Shown here one piece after another: positions 13,664 to 29,081 of a stretch of DNA of 64,000 nucleotides (positions within the stretch are counted from its first letter, which is position 1; the number at the start of each line of letters is the position of its first letter). The notes under the pieces were generated by a model, which saw only the letters and a list, made by a program, of their open reading frames with translations, made no database searches and had not been told where the DNA came from. The position numbers and the translations under genes are program-made. The stretch comes from Octopus vulgaris (lineage: Eukaryota). The DNA lies in the NCBI GenBank assembly GCA_951406725.2, contig OX597821.1, positions 99,758,001-99,822,000 of the forward strand, read 5' to 3'.

Positions 13664-16600
13664 CATCATCATCATCATCACATAACGTCCGCTTTCTATG
13701 CTAGCATGGGTTGGACGATTTTGACTGAGGGCTGGCGAACCAGATAGCTGCTCCAGGCTCACATACATACATATATATGACGGGCTTCTTTCAGTTTCCG
13801 TCTACCAAATCCACTCATAAAGGTTTGGTCGGCCCGAGGCTATAGTAGAAGACACTTGCCCAAGGTGACACATAGTGAGACTGAACCCGGAACCATGTGG
13901 TTGGTAAGCAAGCTACTTACCACACAGCCGCTCCTACGCCTATATACTGTGTTGCAGTTCTAAATTTGATGTCAACTGCCTAAATCTTTGGCATTGAAAC
14001 TCTCATCAACGCTCTGCTGATTGATGCTGCTGAGCCAGTGCTTGCTGTTGAGCCTGTTGTAGTTGCTTATGAAAATTGTTGCTGTTGAGCCAATTTTCAT
14101 TTTCTACTAAGTCATTCCTTGTTTCTACTGAATTAGTTCTTGTTTTTGCTCAAGTAGTTCCTGTGCCAATGTTTCTGCTGAGGTAGATGGTTGTTTCTAC
14201 TGAGCCAGTCCTTGTTTCTTTTGCAGTAGTCTTTGCTTTCTGTGGAATAAATCTTGTTTTGTTTGTTAATTTAGTCTTTGTGTACTGCTAAGTCAGATTT
14301 TGATATTTGTTGTACCATTTTTATTTTTTGGTGGATCGGTTTATTTTGCTGCTCAGCCAGATCTTGACTTTTCTGAAAGTCTTATTTTTGTTATTGATCT
14401 AATAAGCCAGTCTTTGTAGTTACTGTGAATTTATTTTCTTATTTCTTTACTGCCCACAAGAGGCTACACACAGAGGGGACAAACAAGGACAGACAAATGG
14501 ATTACGTCTATTATATCGACCCCAGTACGTAACTGGTACTTATTTAATCGATCCCAAAAGGATGAAAGGCAAAGTTGATCTCAGAAATTTGAACTCAGAA
14601 CGTAACGGCAGACAAAATACGGTTATGCATTTTGCCCGGCGTGCTAACGTTTCTGCCAGCTTGCCGCCTTCGACAGATGAAATACAACTAAGCACTTCGC
14701 CTGGCGTGCTAACATTTCTGCCAGCTTGCCACCTTAGAATTTATTTTCTACTGAACTAGTCATTGTTGTGGCTCAGCCAAACTTCTATTTTGCTGACATT
14801 CTACATTCTAATATTTGTCACTGACTTAGTAGTGTTTTTTTTTTAAATAAGCATGAAATTTGTGATTTTAAGAAGAAGAGGTAAACATCAAAAACTATAT
14901 TTGTGCCTTTTCTAGAATCATTATAATAAGTCAGTTAAAGAAATTTAATTGTAGGTTTAAATTTGACACAAGGTACACATCTAATAAGGCAGTGAGCTGG
15001 CAGAATTGTTAGCATGTCTTACAAAATGCTTAGTGGCCTTTTTTTTCTGGCTTTTTACATTCTGAGGTCAAATTCTGCCAAGGTCATCTTTGCCTTTTAT
15101 CCCTTTGGGGTTGATAAAATAAAGTGTTGTCAAGTACTGGGGGTCAGTATGAGTGACTTGCCCCCTTACCTGAAATTGCTGACTTTGAATTCTGTGAAAA
15201 CAGGCATCCTGTTCAAGGAGAGTGTTGTAATTTTGGTCACTTATATACATCACTGAAAATTGTTGCCATCAACTCGTATCCAAATAGGAGATCTGTAGCC
15301 AGTGATTGAGCCTCTTCATCTTGATGGATATGAAGGGTGCCAGTGCCTGGGATAGCTGTTCAGGCCAAGGGCAGTATAGAAGAGCTAGGGGCATTTATCG
15401 CCGGGAAGAATTGGTGGGACAAGGAATGCGAGTCACTTTTTGCATCTTCACAAGAAGAATAATATCTTGTTAATTATATAATTTTCAGATATCTTGTTAT
15501 CATATTTGATTTGTATTTTTATACATTTTAATTGTAAGTGATACTTTTTCTACCTTTATTGTAGAATTTATTATATTTTGCTAATTACAAGGCTCATAAA
15601 ATTAAATGTTTCTCTTTACTTCTCACAAAATATATAATTTGTTACATTAATGATGATGAATGATAATGTTGTCTTTTTTCTCATATAACATTTTTTTTTG
15701 TGTTTCTATTTTCAGCAATTTCAAAAGTTGGAAGAAGAGCATGCACGTCAGATGAAAGATTTCATAGATACATACTCTAAAGCATGGGTTAATGAACACA
15801 TCTTACTTGGACAGGTGAGCTTGTCAGTTGTTAATAGTTGTTTATGTAATTGTTATGTAGGATAGGTTCAGGTGTGACTATTTGGCTGAGAAATTTGGTT
15901 CCCAACCACTTGGTTTTGGATTCAGTGCTACTGTGTGGAACCTTGAGCATATTCTCAGTGTGTGGATTTGGTAGAAGGAAACTGAAAGAAGTCTGTCGTA
16001 TATGTATATATCTATATGTATATATGTGTGTGTGTGTGAGACCCACATAGGGTGGATGTAGGTGTCTTCAAAACAAAACTGGATTTCCTCCTGTCAAGAG
16101 TTCTGGATGAACCTACCTTGTGGCAAGAAACCCAGATGAGGGCAGCAACATCAAACTCAAAGAATAATGCAGTAAATATAATATGTTCGATGAATAATAT
16201 TTCTTCCTGTCTAAGGTGACAAGCTGGCAGAATCGTTAGCAGGCTGGGCAAAATTCTTAGCAGCATTTCGTCTGTCTTTATTCTGAGTTCAAATTCCACT
16301 GAGGTTGACTTTGCCTTTCCTCTTTTTGGGGTCGATAAAATCCATAAAACAAATACCAGATGAGCACTTGAGATGATGTAATTGACTTACCCCTTACTTG
16401 TACTTGTGGCAGAATTCACTTAAGGTGGGTTGAGCTGGCTTCGACCAATGAATTGTATTCGGCGTTTCAGTGGGAATACAAGTTCACATTTGGTCTCTGG
16501 TCACATGCATACACACTCAGGGATAGTGTGATCCATAGCAACTCATTTTGCCATCAATTGTTGACCATTGCAGAGTATTCACTGACCAAGTCACCACTGA

Positions 16601-19600
16601 TTACCATAGCAGACATAACCTGGTTTTGATAGTGGGTACTAAGAGACATGCTTTAGCAAAAGTTAAGGGGTGCCTCACTCCCGGTGATCTTCCAGCATGC
16701 CAGACACCAACCCAGATCTTCTAAGGGCCCGTGTGACTCCCTCCCTCCTCTCCGAAATTGCTGACCTCATGCCAAAATTTAAACCAATATTTCTTCTTGC
16801 CAGGTACATAATGAATTTAGAAATAACTGTGATGAGATGACTGTACAAAAATTGATTCATACCTTTGTGCAGGCTAAAGCTTCAGGCAAAATACGTCCGG
16901 GTGAGTAGTATTTCCATTGTCATCTCTGTATTGTGTCTGTGCGTTTGGCTCATGTTCTTCCTATATGTGCGTTTGTGTTCCTGCTTGTATCATCATCATC
17001 ATCATTTAGCGTCCGCTTTCCATGCTAGCATGGGTTGGATGGTTCAACTGGGGTCTGGGAAGCCTGAAGGCTGCACCAGGCCCAGTCTGATCTGGCAGTG
17101 TTTCTACGGCTGGATGCCCTTCCTAATGCCAACCACTCCGTGAGTGTAGTGGGTGCTTTTTACGTGCCACCCACACAGGTGCCAGACGGAGTTGGCAAAC
17201 GGCCACGGACGGATGGTGCTTTTTACGTGCCACCGGCACGGGGGCCAGGCAAGGCTGGCAACGGCCACGATCGGATGGTGCTTTTTACGTGCCACCGGCA
17301 CGGAGGCCAGTCGGGGCGGCGCTGGCAACGGACAGTGCCGCCCCGACTGTCCTGTGTTTAATAATCTTGTGTGTGTGTGTGTGTGTTTATCTGTCTAACC
17401 TTTCTGTGTATTTCCCTCTCATGTTCCTATATGTGCCTGTCTAATGTATGTGTGTTTCTCTAATGTGTTAACCATTGTCTGTCTGTATGTTTAGATTGTG
17501 TATGTATGTATGTCTGTTTCAGGTACTTCCATTTGGTTCTGTTTTAATGCACTTGTGTGTGTATGTGAACGAGTGTGTCTAATGTGCTAGCATGTATTTG
17601 TTTAATATGCTTGTATGTGTGTGTTTAATGTATTTGTGTATGTCTGTCTTTGTCTAATGTGGTTGTGCGTGTGCCTTTGTCAAATGTATTTGCATATGTA
17701 TGCATGTCTGATGCTTGTGTGTGTGTATGAGATTGTGTCTCTTACAATCACATAACACTGTTATGTGATTGTCTTAAGTGCTTTTCTGTATTGCGTCGTG
17801 TTAAAATGTTCCATCTGAGTGTGCATATGTGTGCACTTATGAGCATATGCATGTGATGTGTATACGTATGTGATGTGTTTTTGTTTTAATGACTTACTTC
17901 AGAGAAGAAGGCGGGGCAGCACTCTTTGTCTTTTCAGGCCCTATAAAACTGTCAAAAGTGACAATGGAAGTAAGTTATCCTTTAGCTAGAAAGCCAACCC
18001 TCTGCAGTGTGGAAATAGTACACTTTCATGCTATATAGACTGATAACTGGCACCCCGTCGGTTACGACGACAAGTGTCCCAGTTGATCCAATTAATGGAA
18101 CAGCCTGCTTGTAAAATTAACGTGCAAGTGGCTGAGCACTCCGCAGACACACATACCCTTCATGTAGTTCTCAGGGAGATTCAGCATGACACAGAATGGG
18201 ACCTTTTTGTCAGTTGAGTGGACAGGAGCAACATGAAATAAATTGCCTTGCCCAAGGACACAACACGCCGCTAGGAATTGAACTCACAACCCTACGACCA
18301 TGAGCTGAATGCTCTAACCACTAAATCATGTACCTTCACTATGGATTGATAACACCCAATGGCACACAATTAGATTCGTATTGAGAAATGCTATTTCCTA
18401 AATTCCATAGTTTCTGTAACTCTGTTCCTGTTGTACCTTTGCGCCGTTTCTTCCTCGCTGCTTTTTTTTTTTATTGTTTATTTTTCTGTCTTCTTATATT
18501 CCATGCTGACATATAAGTCTGCTGGTTATCATTGCTGTCTTTAGGGCGGCGAGCTGGCAGAAACGTTAGCACGCCGGGCGAAATGCTTAGTGGTATTTCG
18601 TCTGCCGTTACGTTCTGAGTTCAAATTCCGCCAAGGTCGACTTTGCCTTTCATCCTTTCGGGGTCGATAAATTAAGTACCAGTTACGCACTGGGGTCGAT
18701 GTAATCGACTTAATCCGTTTGTCTGTCCTTGTTTGTCCCCTCTGTGTTTAGCCCCTTGTGGGTAGTAAAGAATTATATCATTGCTGTCTTCTTTACTCGA
18801 CTTATTGCTGCTTTCTGTCTCCTCTTTTATCCTCTTGCAATGAGTTGTAGTGACCTGAGCACTGCATACAAAAAGCTCATTATTATAAAGTCTCTTCAGA
18901 AGATATAGATTTAATGTGGACAATCTTTTTTGTTAGTGTACACACTATCAATATTAAAGCTACTCTTGCTCAAAGCCCCTTGTGATGGCGGGAACCTGCC
19001 ATATTTGTCTTATTGGTTAGAATGGTTAACAAACTGGTAGTACAAGAATTTTTTTTCTCACAACTCTATTGATTTATGTCATTGCTATTCTATACTGCCC
19101 GTTTCTTTTTTTTTCTTTCTTTTTTTTTCAGTATTTAATTGTGTTCCCTGGGTATGATTCATTTCAGCAGCAATATAATTGTATTGACATCATGATCAAA
19201 ATCTGAGTGTTATTGATAATACTGTTACTTTTGTTTGTAATGCTTTTCAAAAACACTGAAAGCAATTTGTGTCTGTGTAGGTGGAATAGTTAAGAAAGTT
19301 CGCTTTGCTTTTCAGTCATGAAGTTCTGGGTTCATTCCCACTACATGGCACCTTCTATAGCCCTGGTTGACCAATGCCTGATGAGTGAATTTGGTAGATA
19401 GAAACTGTGGGGAAACCCGTCATATATATGTATATGTGTGTGTGCCTTTGTGTTTGTTCTTCTTTCACTACTTGACAACTTTTGTTGGTTTGTTTACATC
19501 TCAATAACTTAGAAGTTTGGCAAAGAGAGCCTGATAGAATAAGTAGTAGACTTATGTCGATTTATTTAACTAAACCCTTCAAGGCGGTGCCCCAGCATGG

Positions 19601-22600
19601 CTGCAGTCCAGTGACTGAGGCAAATAAAAGATAAAAGATACTATAGCTTTCATTCAATACAAGCCTTGTGAGTAGAGTTGGGTTGATGGAAACTATGTGA
19701 AAGCTTGTTTGGTGCACCGTACTGGTAATTCAAAGGTTTATAAGTTAGAACTTTTGTTTTGATAGCAAACAATTGAGATTTATTTTCAGTAAACAACAAA
19801 ACTTAAGATTTGTTCAGAAGATTTTTTTTTTTTTTGAGACTGTAACTGAGTAGTAGATTGGTAGAATCAGTTGGACATCAAACAAAATGTTTTGTGGTAT
19901 TTAGTTATATTCCATAAAATTTTGAGTTCAAATTCCACTGAAGTTAACTTTGTTTTTCATTCTTCTGGAAAAAAAAGTGTCAAATTCTGGGGATGATCAA
20001 ATCAACTCTACTGGAAAATTTTGCACTATTTTTTACATTATCATCGTTGTTGTAGCATTTTTCCATGTTCGCATGGGTTGGATAGAGTTTATCAAGGCAG
20101 GTTTTCTGTGGTTGGATGCCCTTCCTGTTGCTAAATTTCACCTGTTTCCAAGCAAGGTAGTGTTTCCCCATGGGCAGACACATTTACATGGGATATTGGA
20201 AATGAAGGATATTCATTTGCTACAATCATGCAATGTCAAGACTGGGAAACAACAAATATACACTCACATCATACATACATAAAAAGCACCCAATACACTT
20301 TGTAAAGTGGTTGACATTAGGAAGGGCATCCAGCCATAGAAACCTTGCCAAAACAGACAATTGGAGCCTGGTGCAGCTCTCTGGCTTGCCTGTTCCTGTC
20401 AAACCATCAAACCCATACCACTATGGAAAATGGATGTTAAATGATGATGAAGATGATGTATACAAAGGGCCTTTATCAGTTTCCGTCTACCAAATCCACT
20501 CACAAGGCTTTGGTTGGCCTGAGGCTATTGTAGAAGATACTTGCCCAAAGTACCATGCAGTAGATTGAACCTGGAACCATGTGGTGTAGAAGCAGGCTTC
20601 TCAACCACCCAGCCATACCTGCATTTATGTTAGAAATCATTATGAGATGGTTGTCGGCAATAAAGTGGCTTTGGTGATCTTTGTGTAACAGATTTAACCC
20701 ATTATTTATTCTGCATGACATTCTGAAGAAAGCTGTCTTCTAAGTTTTGAAGTATTTCTTTGTATTGAAATTGCTTTTTTCTCAACTTATTTTGTTCGTT
20801 GATGCTAAAGTATTGTTGATTTGTAGGTCCAAAAGAATTTGTTGAGCCAGACCTTTCGTGTTTACCTGTTACAAGACCCATGTCTCCTGAGATAGTCGAT
20901 AAAAAAGATGGTTCATTAGAAAAGAAAAAGGAAGGTAAAGAGAAATGAGATTTAAATTTATCAATATTTATTAGTTGTTTGTGATTTTAAATTCTGTTTA
21001 TAATTGTAATTAGTTTCCAATATTGATTGGCAGTCTGGTCTGGTCTCATATTTTGGGTTTGGAAGTTATATTTCCCTGGACCTCTGTATGATGACTCTGA
21101 CTAACTGATAGTCTTTCTTAGTTTAAGTTAGTGCTGTACATCCATTAAGTCTTTTAAATTGTCTCAGTCATTTTGAAGATGAAAAGAAAAAGAAAAACAA
21201 ACAAAAACAACAAAAAGTAAATACAAAAAAAAAAAAAAAGATGTGGTTGCTAATCATGAAAAAAGATTATTTGCTAATTCACCTGGTGTGGTGTGTATGA
21301 GGTTAATTAGCTACATGCACACTGATTTGTTTTGGTCAATTTGGCTGTTCTTGTTCCTCTACTTGATTGCTAACTACTATGGGCTTTCTGGGTGCATGCT
21401 GTTGCTGTTACCGCCACTGCTGTCTCTACTTGCTACTGTCACTTGGTGGGAAGTCTTTCGTTGATTCCTGATTGACTTTACCTCAGTGTTGTAGTCTTGG
21501 TAAGCAATCCGTTTGCTTACATTTGTTACTAACTTCTAAACACTTAACATGTCAAACATTGCATATATATATATATCTACATTTTTTTGGGGGTAATTAT
21601 TACCCTTTTCTCTCTTTCTCTCTTGCTATTTAAAAAAATACCCAAAAAAAAAACAATATTTTTTTTTTACTTCTATAACTAACTGTTCTCTTAAATAATT
21701 AACTCTTCTTTCTTTAATTTACAATTTTGATATATCCTGATTTCAGCTTTACATTGATACAAATGACAGTAAAGTTATCTCCGTTTGTTTGAAGTGTAAT
21801 GATGACTGATTTCTCTGAGTGTCATATGTTTTTGAAGAGAAGAGAAATGGGAAGGGAAATGTCTCTCATTGATATTTCATTGTAATTATTTTAATACTAT
21901 GATGATATGTGCTTGTGAGATTTTATTTCAGGAAAGTGATTATTTGTTTAGTAGAGTGGCTATCATATATATTTATGTAGATTTTCTTTTTAAAATGAAA
22001 TGATTAAAAATTCATTATAGCACATTAGAGAAAAAAAAACTTCTTTAAGGAATCGAAAATTCTGTGAATTATCATTTTGTAACAATTTAAGTAACTATGA
22101 TCAACATTTCAACAGCTCTTATCTCTTGATAATTTCATAGCTGTGATTCTGTAATTGTTATAACAGCTCTTATCACCTGATAATTCTCATAGCTGTGATT
22201 AGGATCTTAATATATCCTATTTCATTCAAATGTTTTTCCTATAATTCACACAGCTGATATCATTTGACCCTGCTTCTTATCCACCACACTAAAGCTCTTG
22301 CTTGTTTCATATAATTCTTTTTTTTTTATTCTTTACCACACTTTTGTCCTTTTTTTTTTCTTAATTTTTCTCTTGATGGAATGATGCCTGTTTTATATCT
22401 TTTATTACTCTGGGGGAATATCCTTAGTATCTGTCTTTTACCCAAACTTTCTGCTCCCTTCAATTGCTTCCATACCATAGTAAGAGGACAACATTCTTCA
22501 GAATTCTTTTTGACTCTTGTTTGATCACTTTGACCATGAAAATTCAGCATTACAATTTTTTTCTCATGATCTTGCAACCAAGTGCAACCAGGTTCTTTAT

Positions 22601-24969
22601 TCATAATAGCCAATCCTTTTTTTTCTCATATCAGAATACTGTGGTTAGCTGTGCAGTGATTATGCAATGAATGTAAATTAATTTGTTTGTTTCCTCTAAG
22701 GATGCTAACTACAAAATAAAATTAAAAAAAAAACTAAAGTAATTGATAGACAAAAGATTCTTTTGTTTCTTCTGAATGTCTCATTTTATTTATTTTTTTT
22801 TACTTAATTTTTCTCAGTCCCTTTGAAGTGAAGTAATGTTTGATCTTTGGTAACTGCCTACTGTAACGTCTCAATATTTTTAAGCTAGTCATTCTAAATT
22901 GTTTGAAAGTTTCTACTAAAATTTCTTGTTTCAGTATTACAGACTACTGCTGTTACTGCTTCATTAGTCTTGACCATTCCTCTCCAACCCATTTCAATCG
23001 ATCCATATTTTACAGTTTTGTTAATTTTTTTTTATGTTTCTATTCTTGTTATTACAAAGACCTTGGTTTAGAATAGAATTGGAAAGTATCGATCTCTCTG
23101 CCTCTATATTTTTTACAGATATTTCAAAAATATATTTGAGAAAAATAAATATTTCAAAAATCATCTTTGATATTATTCATAAATTATTTTATAAACAAAT
23201 TTGTTAAGAATTTATTTTGTAAATATTTAATGCTGAAACATTTTAATCAGCGGAACAAAATGCATCCCACAAAATCTCAACAAATTGACAAATGTTTTTT
23301 TTAACACCTTGGTTGTGTTTCATCATAAATTTAACAGAATTATATTTTAATCATTATATGAATTATATCACAGTTTTATAGGGTTTGTCACAAGCTCACT
23401 TAGAAAATATGTGCACAAACATACATCTTACAAAATAGGTATACAGACATATAAAAAAGCCGTATGCACTCAAATCGGTTTACTTCTGCTGAGATCTATA
23501 GAACCTTCCATTAATTATGATTTTCTGTTTCCATGTCTCTTAGTGCAGCAGTAGCAGCAGTACAATGTCAGTATGTAGATACTGAAACTATAATATTATT
23601 AATTGGCTAGTTTTGTGAGATGTCAGTACCATTGCTTTGCAGACTCCAGTGGGAGTCCCAGTCCTGTGTTAGCTGAAGCCCAGCCAGGACCGTTGAGCCG
23701 CAGTGTCAAGCTGAGAGTGTCTCGAACATGTAATACCATCATTACCTTTACAATACAATATTCTCTTTCTGGCTTTTCTTGGAGGACTTAAGCTTTTCTT
23801 TTTTTCTGTTTGGCTTTTTCTTTCTTTCTTTAATTTTCTTTTTTTTTTTTTGGCTTCTTTAATGTAAAACTGCTGCAATTAATATCATAGCATATGCATG
23901 CTTAACTATTTTTTTTTTACTTTTGGTGACCAGTTCCTAATATCAGCAGATTGTGTGGCAGTGGTGATGGTATGGCTTCATATTCTCATGTAATCTACTT
24001 GTTTGATACCTAATAAATAATGTGCATTCTTTATTATTGTTTTTTTTTTAAATATAACTAACCAGTTTGTGGTTTTATTTTTGTTAACACCAACCAGTGT
24101 GTATTTTTGTTGGTACTAATGAGTTGATATTTTGACCAAAAAAAGAAAAAGAAAAGCAGAAAATGAACGGAAAGAACATTTGTAGTCTTCTTACCTACAG
24201 TTAAATTTTTTTGTAATTATTCCCAACTAACTGTTTTGTTGAAAGTTCTAATTTACGTTTTAAATAATCTGAAAAATGTTAAACAAAGGTTAATACTATT
24301 TGGGAGGGCATCTGGTAACAGGACTTCCTGCTCCTTCATCGGGAGCAATAAAATGATTGATTTTTACCTTTGTTGTTGTTGTTTTAGCATGACCCCCCCC
24401 CCCCCCCGCCTAATCTGCCCCAAATCTGCAGAATTATAATAAAAAGGTATTCCAGCTATGGCCATCTCAGTTTGTTTTGTTCAGACATGAGAGATCTAGG
24501 AAGTACATTATCCAATGTGTCCTAACAATAGGGTTGTGATTTGATGGAAATTTCATAGCTATTTCTAGCATGTCAAGCAACTATGCAAAGGGCTCTCTCA
24601 TCAGCTTGATTTTTATCTCTGTACATTGTTCACAGAAATTGCCTAAATGTCTTTGGGACAGTAGCGGATGTCAAAATAATTATTTCTTCATTAATCAACT
24701 GAGATGTGTTGAATAATTAGTAGTATCTGGTAGAATACATAACTTATGTCCCACGGCTACAAACTTACTACCTCATGTGTCAAGTGCTCTTTATAGAACT
24801 TACTGTAAGCATTATAATAATGGCAAATTATTATTTGTAGGTTTTGACTTATTGTTTTTTTACTAGTGCTTAGATTAAATACTTAATTAGACCTCATTAA
24901 TTAAATTATTAGTTGCTATATTATATTCCCACACCCTTTAATTTTCATTAAAAATTTGGTAAAATGGTG

Positions 24970-25007
<38 letters not shown>

Positions 25008-25716
25008 TATTAATAATTTCAAGAGATTGATAAAAGTACCAGACTTTAAATAAGTACTGGGGCTGAACTGCTCTACTAGAACCTTCAAGGCAGTGCTCTA
25101 GTATGGCCACTGTTTAATGACTGAAACATAAATAAAAGAGTACAGCAATTCCTTGACTATTGTGGGTGTTATGTTCTGAAACCCCCTGTGATAGGTGAAA
25201 ATCTGTGAAGTAGAAACAGTACTGTACTGTATATTTTTAAAAAATAATTTTTATAATTTGTTTAGATTTATTTTATTATAAATGCAAAACAACACCATGG
25301 CGGAATCAACGTAAGCTTGAATAATAAACTGTGATTGGTGAACCGTGATAGGGCAAGGAATTACTGTGTGTTATAAATTATATTATAAAATGTTTATTAT
25401 GAACAATTGTTTAACATCCGGGCTTCCATTTTATCATTTTTCCAAATGGCTAACCAGTTTTTAGTTGATGAACCAAGTATATGTAGATGTCCATGGACAC
25501 TTGAGTTATTTTATTTACAGAAGTAATTTATGGTAATTAATGACACAGAACTTTCTATTTGCGTTTTCTTAATTCAACAATCAAATTTAAGAATGCAAGT
25601 TTTACAGCCATGTGGTTTTAAGTTCAGTCCCACTGTTTGGCTATCTTCTGTAGCCCTGGGTTGATCAATGCCTTGTGAGTGATGTTGGTTGATGGAAATT
25701 GTATGGGAGCCTGTTG

Positions 25717-25784
<68 letters not shown>

Positions 25785-28170
25785 TTGTGTGTGTGCACAT
25801 GCAACCCATGGCTTTGCTTGTCACTGTCTGAGTGAACTGGTAAGATAGATATGTTTATATTCCTTGTTGACTGGCCAGTCAATGCTTTAGAAGACCAGTG
25901 GAGTAATAAAAACTTGCTTACTTGAAAAACAGGCAAAGGTTGGTGACAGGAAGGGCACCTGGTCATAAATTGTTACCTCGAAAAAAATGTCTGCTGAAGA
26001 CCCAGCTAGAATGGTAAAAAATAGATGTTAACCCTTTCGTTACTGTATTTATTTTGAGATGCTCTGTGTTTCTTTAAATTACTTTAAATATAAACAAAGA
26101 ATTTAGTAAAATAACTTAGTTATCATTCAACTATTGTTAGGAACACAAATTGTGACTAAGGTTTGGTGGAAGATTTTAATTAAAACCTTAAGAAAATAAG
26201 ACATATGTACAACAGAGCCAGAGCCGGTTTCAGTCGGGTTGGTAACAAAAGGGTTAAATGAATGAACAAATGATTGAATCTGTTCGTGATAGCTTATGGT
26301 GTTGGATTGCATTTAGCGGATATATGGGTTGGGGGAGAGTTTTACATTTAATTTTAAACCTCAAAATCAACCACCTCCCACCATGTTGTAGCTTGGGTTG
26401 TTTTAGAAATGTCTCAAAGAAAAAAAAAAAAGTTCCATTTTAAATGTCCAAATATCTGTCATTTGATTGTGAAATATAACTTTGAAATAATAAAAAAAAA
26501 AAAAATAATAGTTAGGTATATACATTCATGTTGTATTTGCATTTTCAAGAATAGAACGAAGGAAATCTTCTGAAGTAGATTTATGAGATTGTACGGTTCT
26601 TAATATTATTTTTCCAGTTTTCCAATCATTGATGTAACTGATTCAATACACATTTAGTATGATTAGTTCAGAAGCCAATCCATGAGCTGTGTGTCACCAA
26701 ACTTGTTAATTTGAGGAGCTCTTCCATTCTTCCTTCCTTCCATCTCTTTCTCACTGTTTCTCTTTCTCTCATATATATATATATATATACACACACATAT
26801 ATACATATATATATATATATATATTGGTAATCTGCTGTTTTCTCACTGTTGCATGGATATATATCACCTTTATTCTGCTTGAGTACATTTCATGTATTAC
26901 CATCTCTCTGTCTCTCTCTCTCTCATCTCTTGCATGTATCACTTGCCTTATTATTCTGTTCTATGTCTTTCTCTGTCCTACATTATTTTCTCTGATATCT
27001 GACTCCTTTCATACCTCATTATTCTAGAACCAGCTCCCCTTCTCATGTTCTTCCCCACCACCTCCACTGGCCTTCTGGTTCTGCTGTAAGGTCAGATTCG
27101 ACTCATCTTCTTTATCTCTCTGGTCTTTCATCTAACACTTTGAATATATTGCTATCAAAACTGTCAACTTTCATTGATTTTTTCCCCCTATCATTGTTTC
27201 ATTATTATATAACTATATAAAAAAAAATCAATAAATAAAATTTTAAAAATTCAAATTCTTTAAATTGAAAACCTCAATAGACCTCATCATTAGCTTAACT
27301 CTTGCTTTTATCACACCAAATTGAACTTCAGCCATACATATCATCTTCTTCCTTTGTTCTTGCTCTCCTCTATTCCTCACCATTATAATTCTCAATAGAT
27401 TTCTACAGCTCATTTTTCTGTGATTTTTGTTTATCTTTTTTTCTTCTTTCCTTGTATTTCTTGATTTTCTTTGAAACAGACAGTGACTCATCTAGCCCAA
27501 GTTCACCCAAAAGTGTTCTTGACATTTTTACATTCTCTGGTATGTGTATTTTGCACTTGTTGATAACATCCAGTGGATTTTTCTGCTGTGCCCATATTGC
27601 TTTCACCATTTCTTACTACCAGCACTCATCTAATCTGTTAGTCTAGTTTCCTGTCAGTCTTTAATTAGTTTCTAGTTGGTTATTTTAGATCTTAAACAAA
27701 GAAAAATGTTTTGAAAGCTATATATATATATATATATATGATGTGGGTACTTTCCTATTATCTATGGCCAATTTTTTATTTACTAAAGGATTAGTGAGAT
27801 GGGTGTAATAATTGATTGTTAGACTTTTGAAATAGCTATCCTTATCTCATGGAGAAAAGGGCAAGAAATTGAGTGATTAATCCTTTAGTTAAAAAAAAGG
27901 CTGTTGAAAATAGCAAAAAACCCTATATATATACATATAATAGTTATACACAGTGTATCCATAAAGTCTTCTTCACTCATTCAACTGGCGTATTCTTTAG
28001 ATGCGTGTAGGGCAACAAATGGAAACCACATGAAACTGCACTAAACTGTACATAAACCTTATTAGTTGTTCTCTTATTCAACATGTATATGAAACATGTA
28101 GTTGTAAGTTACGTCAATAAATAGTTTTGAAATCCCACCATGATTTATGGACACATACTGTGTGCATGTA

Positions 28171-28227
<57 letters not shown>

Positions 28228-28608
28228 TTGAAGTGAAGAGCAAATCTTTCCAGCAAATCTACTATTTAGCCTCTTTGTGAAAAGTAAACAAAGTAGTTAT
28301 ACCACAAGCTTATCTCTCTGTGAACGGAATGTAAAGAAAAAAAAAAAACAGAACAAAAATGACTAATTTCAGGTTTTGCTGAGCAAAACCTGAAATTAGT
28401 CAAGACAGATCGATCATGGAAAGATTAACTTGTGAAGTAACCATTTTGTTTACATTTTAAAGCGAGGTTGAATTGTAATGTTTACTGAGAAGGTTTACCT
28501 TGCTTTTCAAATTATACTAAAAAGAAATGAACAACACTAAGTAGTGCACTGCATGTGTGTGTGTATGTGTGTACCCATGCCAGCATAGAGGTGGACATTA
28601 AACGATGA

Positions 28609-28657
<49 letters not shown>

Positions 28658-29031
28658 CACACATACACACAAGCTGAAAATACTCCTCAAAACACAGAAA
28701 AAGTAATAAAAAGAAAATGTACAATCCCTTTTGTGTTGCAATTAATTAAATTATCCCCAAAGTACATTATTACAATCTATTTACTTCTAATTTATTGTAG
28801 AATACATTATTACGTACTTGCTTCCACATCTTAATAGAACATAGTCATTGTAATGTACAGGTGTAAATGATAACCTTTGCACATAATCAACTTAATATAC
28901 CCATGAGCATAATAATGATTATCTTCTCAAAGAGGTGAAGCTGGTATGTAATAATGCATTTTGAAATTATTGTTTTATAATAAAATACTTTGGAATAATT
29001 CAGTTACAGTACAAAGAAAATTGTATATTTT

Positions 29032-29081
<50 letters not shown>

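Noticed and set aside
17150-17340. CRISPR-like repeat-spacer pattern
   Set aside because: Eukaryotic context; the 'spacers' are homologous to each other and belong to an RTE tail; no cas genes.
21487-21499. Possible microexon before a GTAAGC donor
   Set aside because: Available acceptors give 13 or 5 nt, not frame-preserving between phase-1 exons.
27028-27090. C-rich candidate exon with AG/GT ends
   Set aside because: Either frameshifting (58 nt) or contains an in-frame TAA (63 nt).
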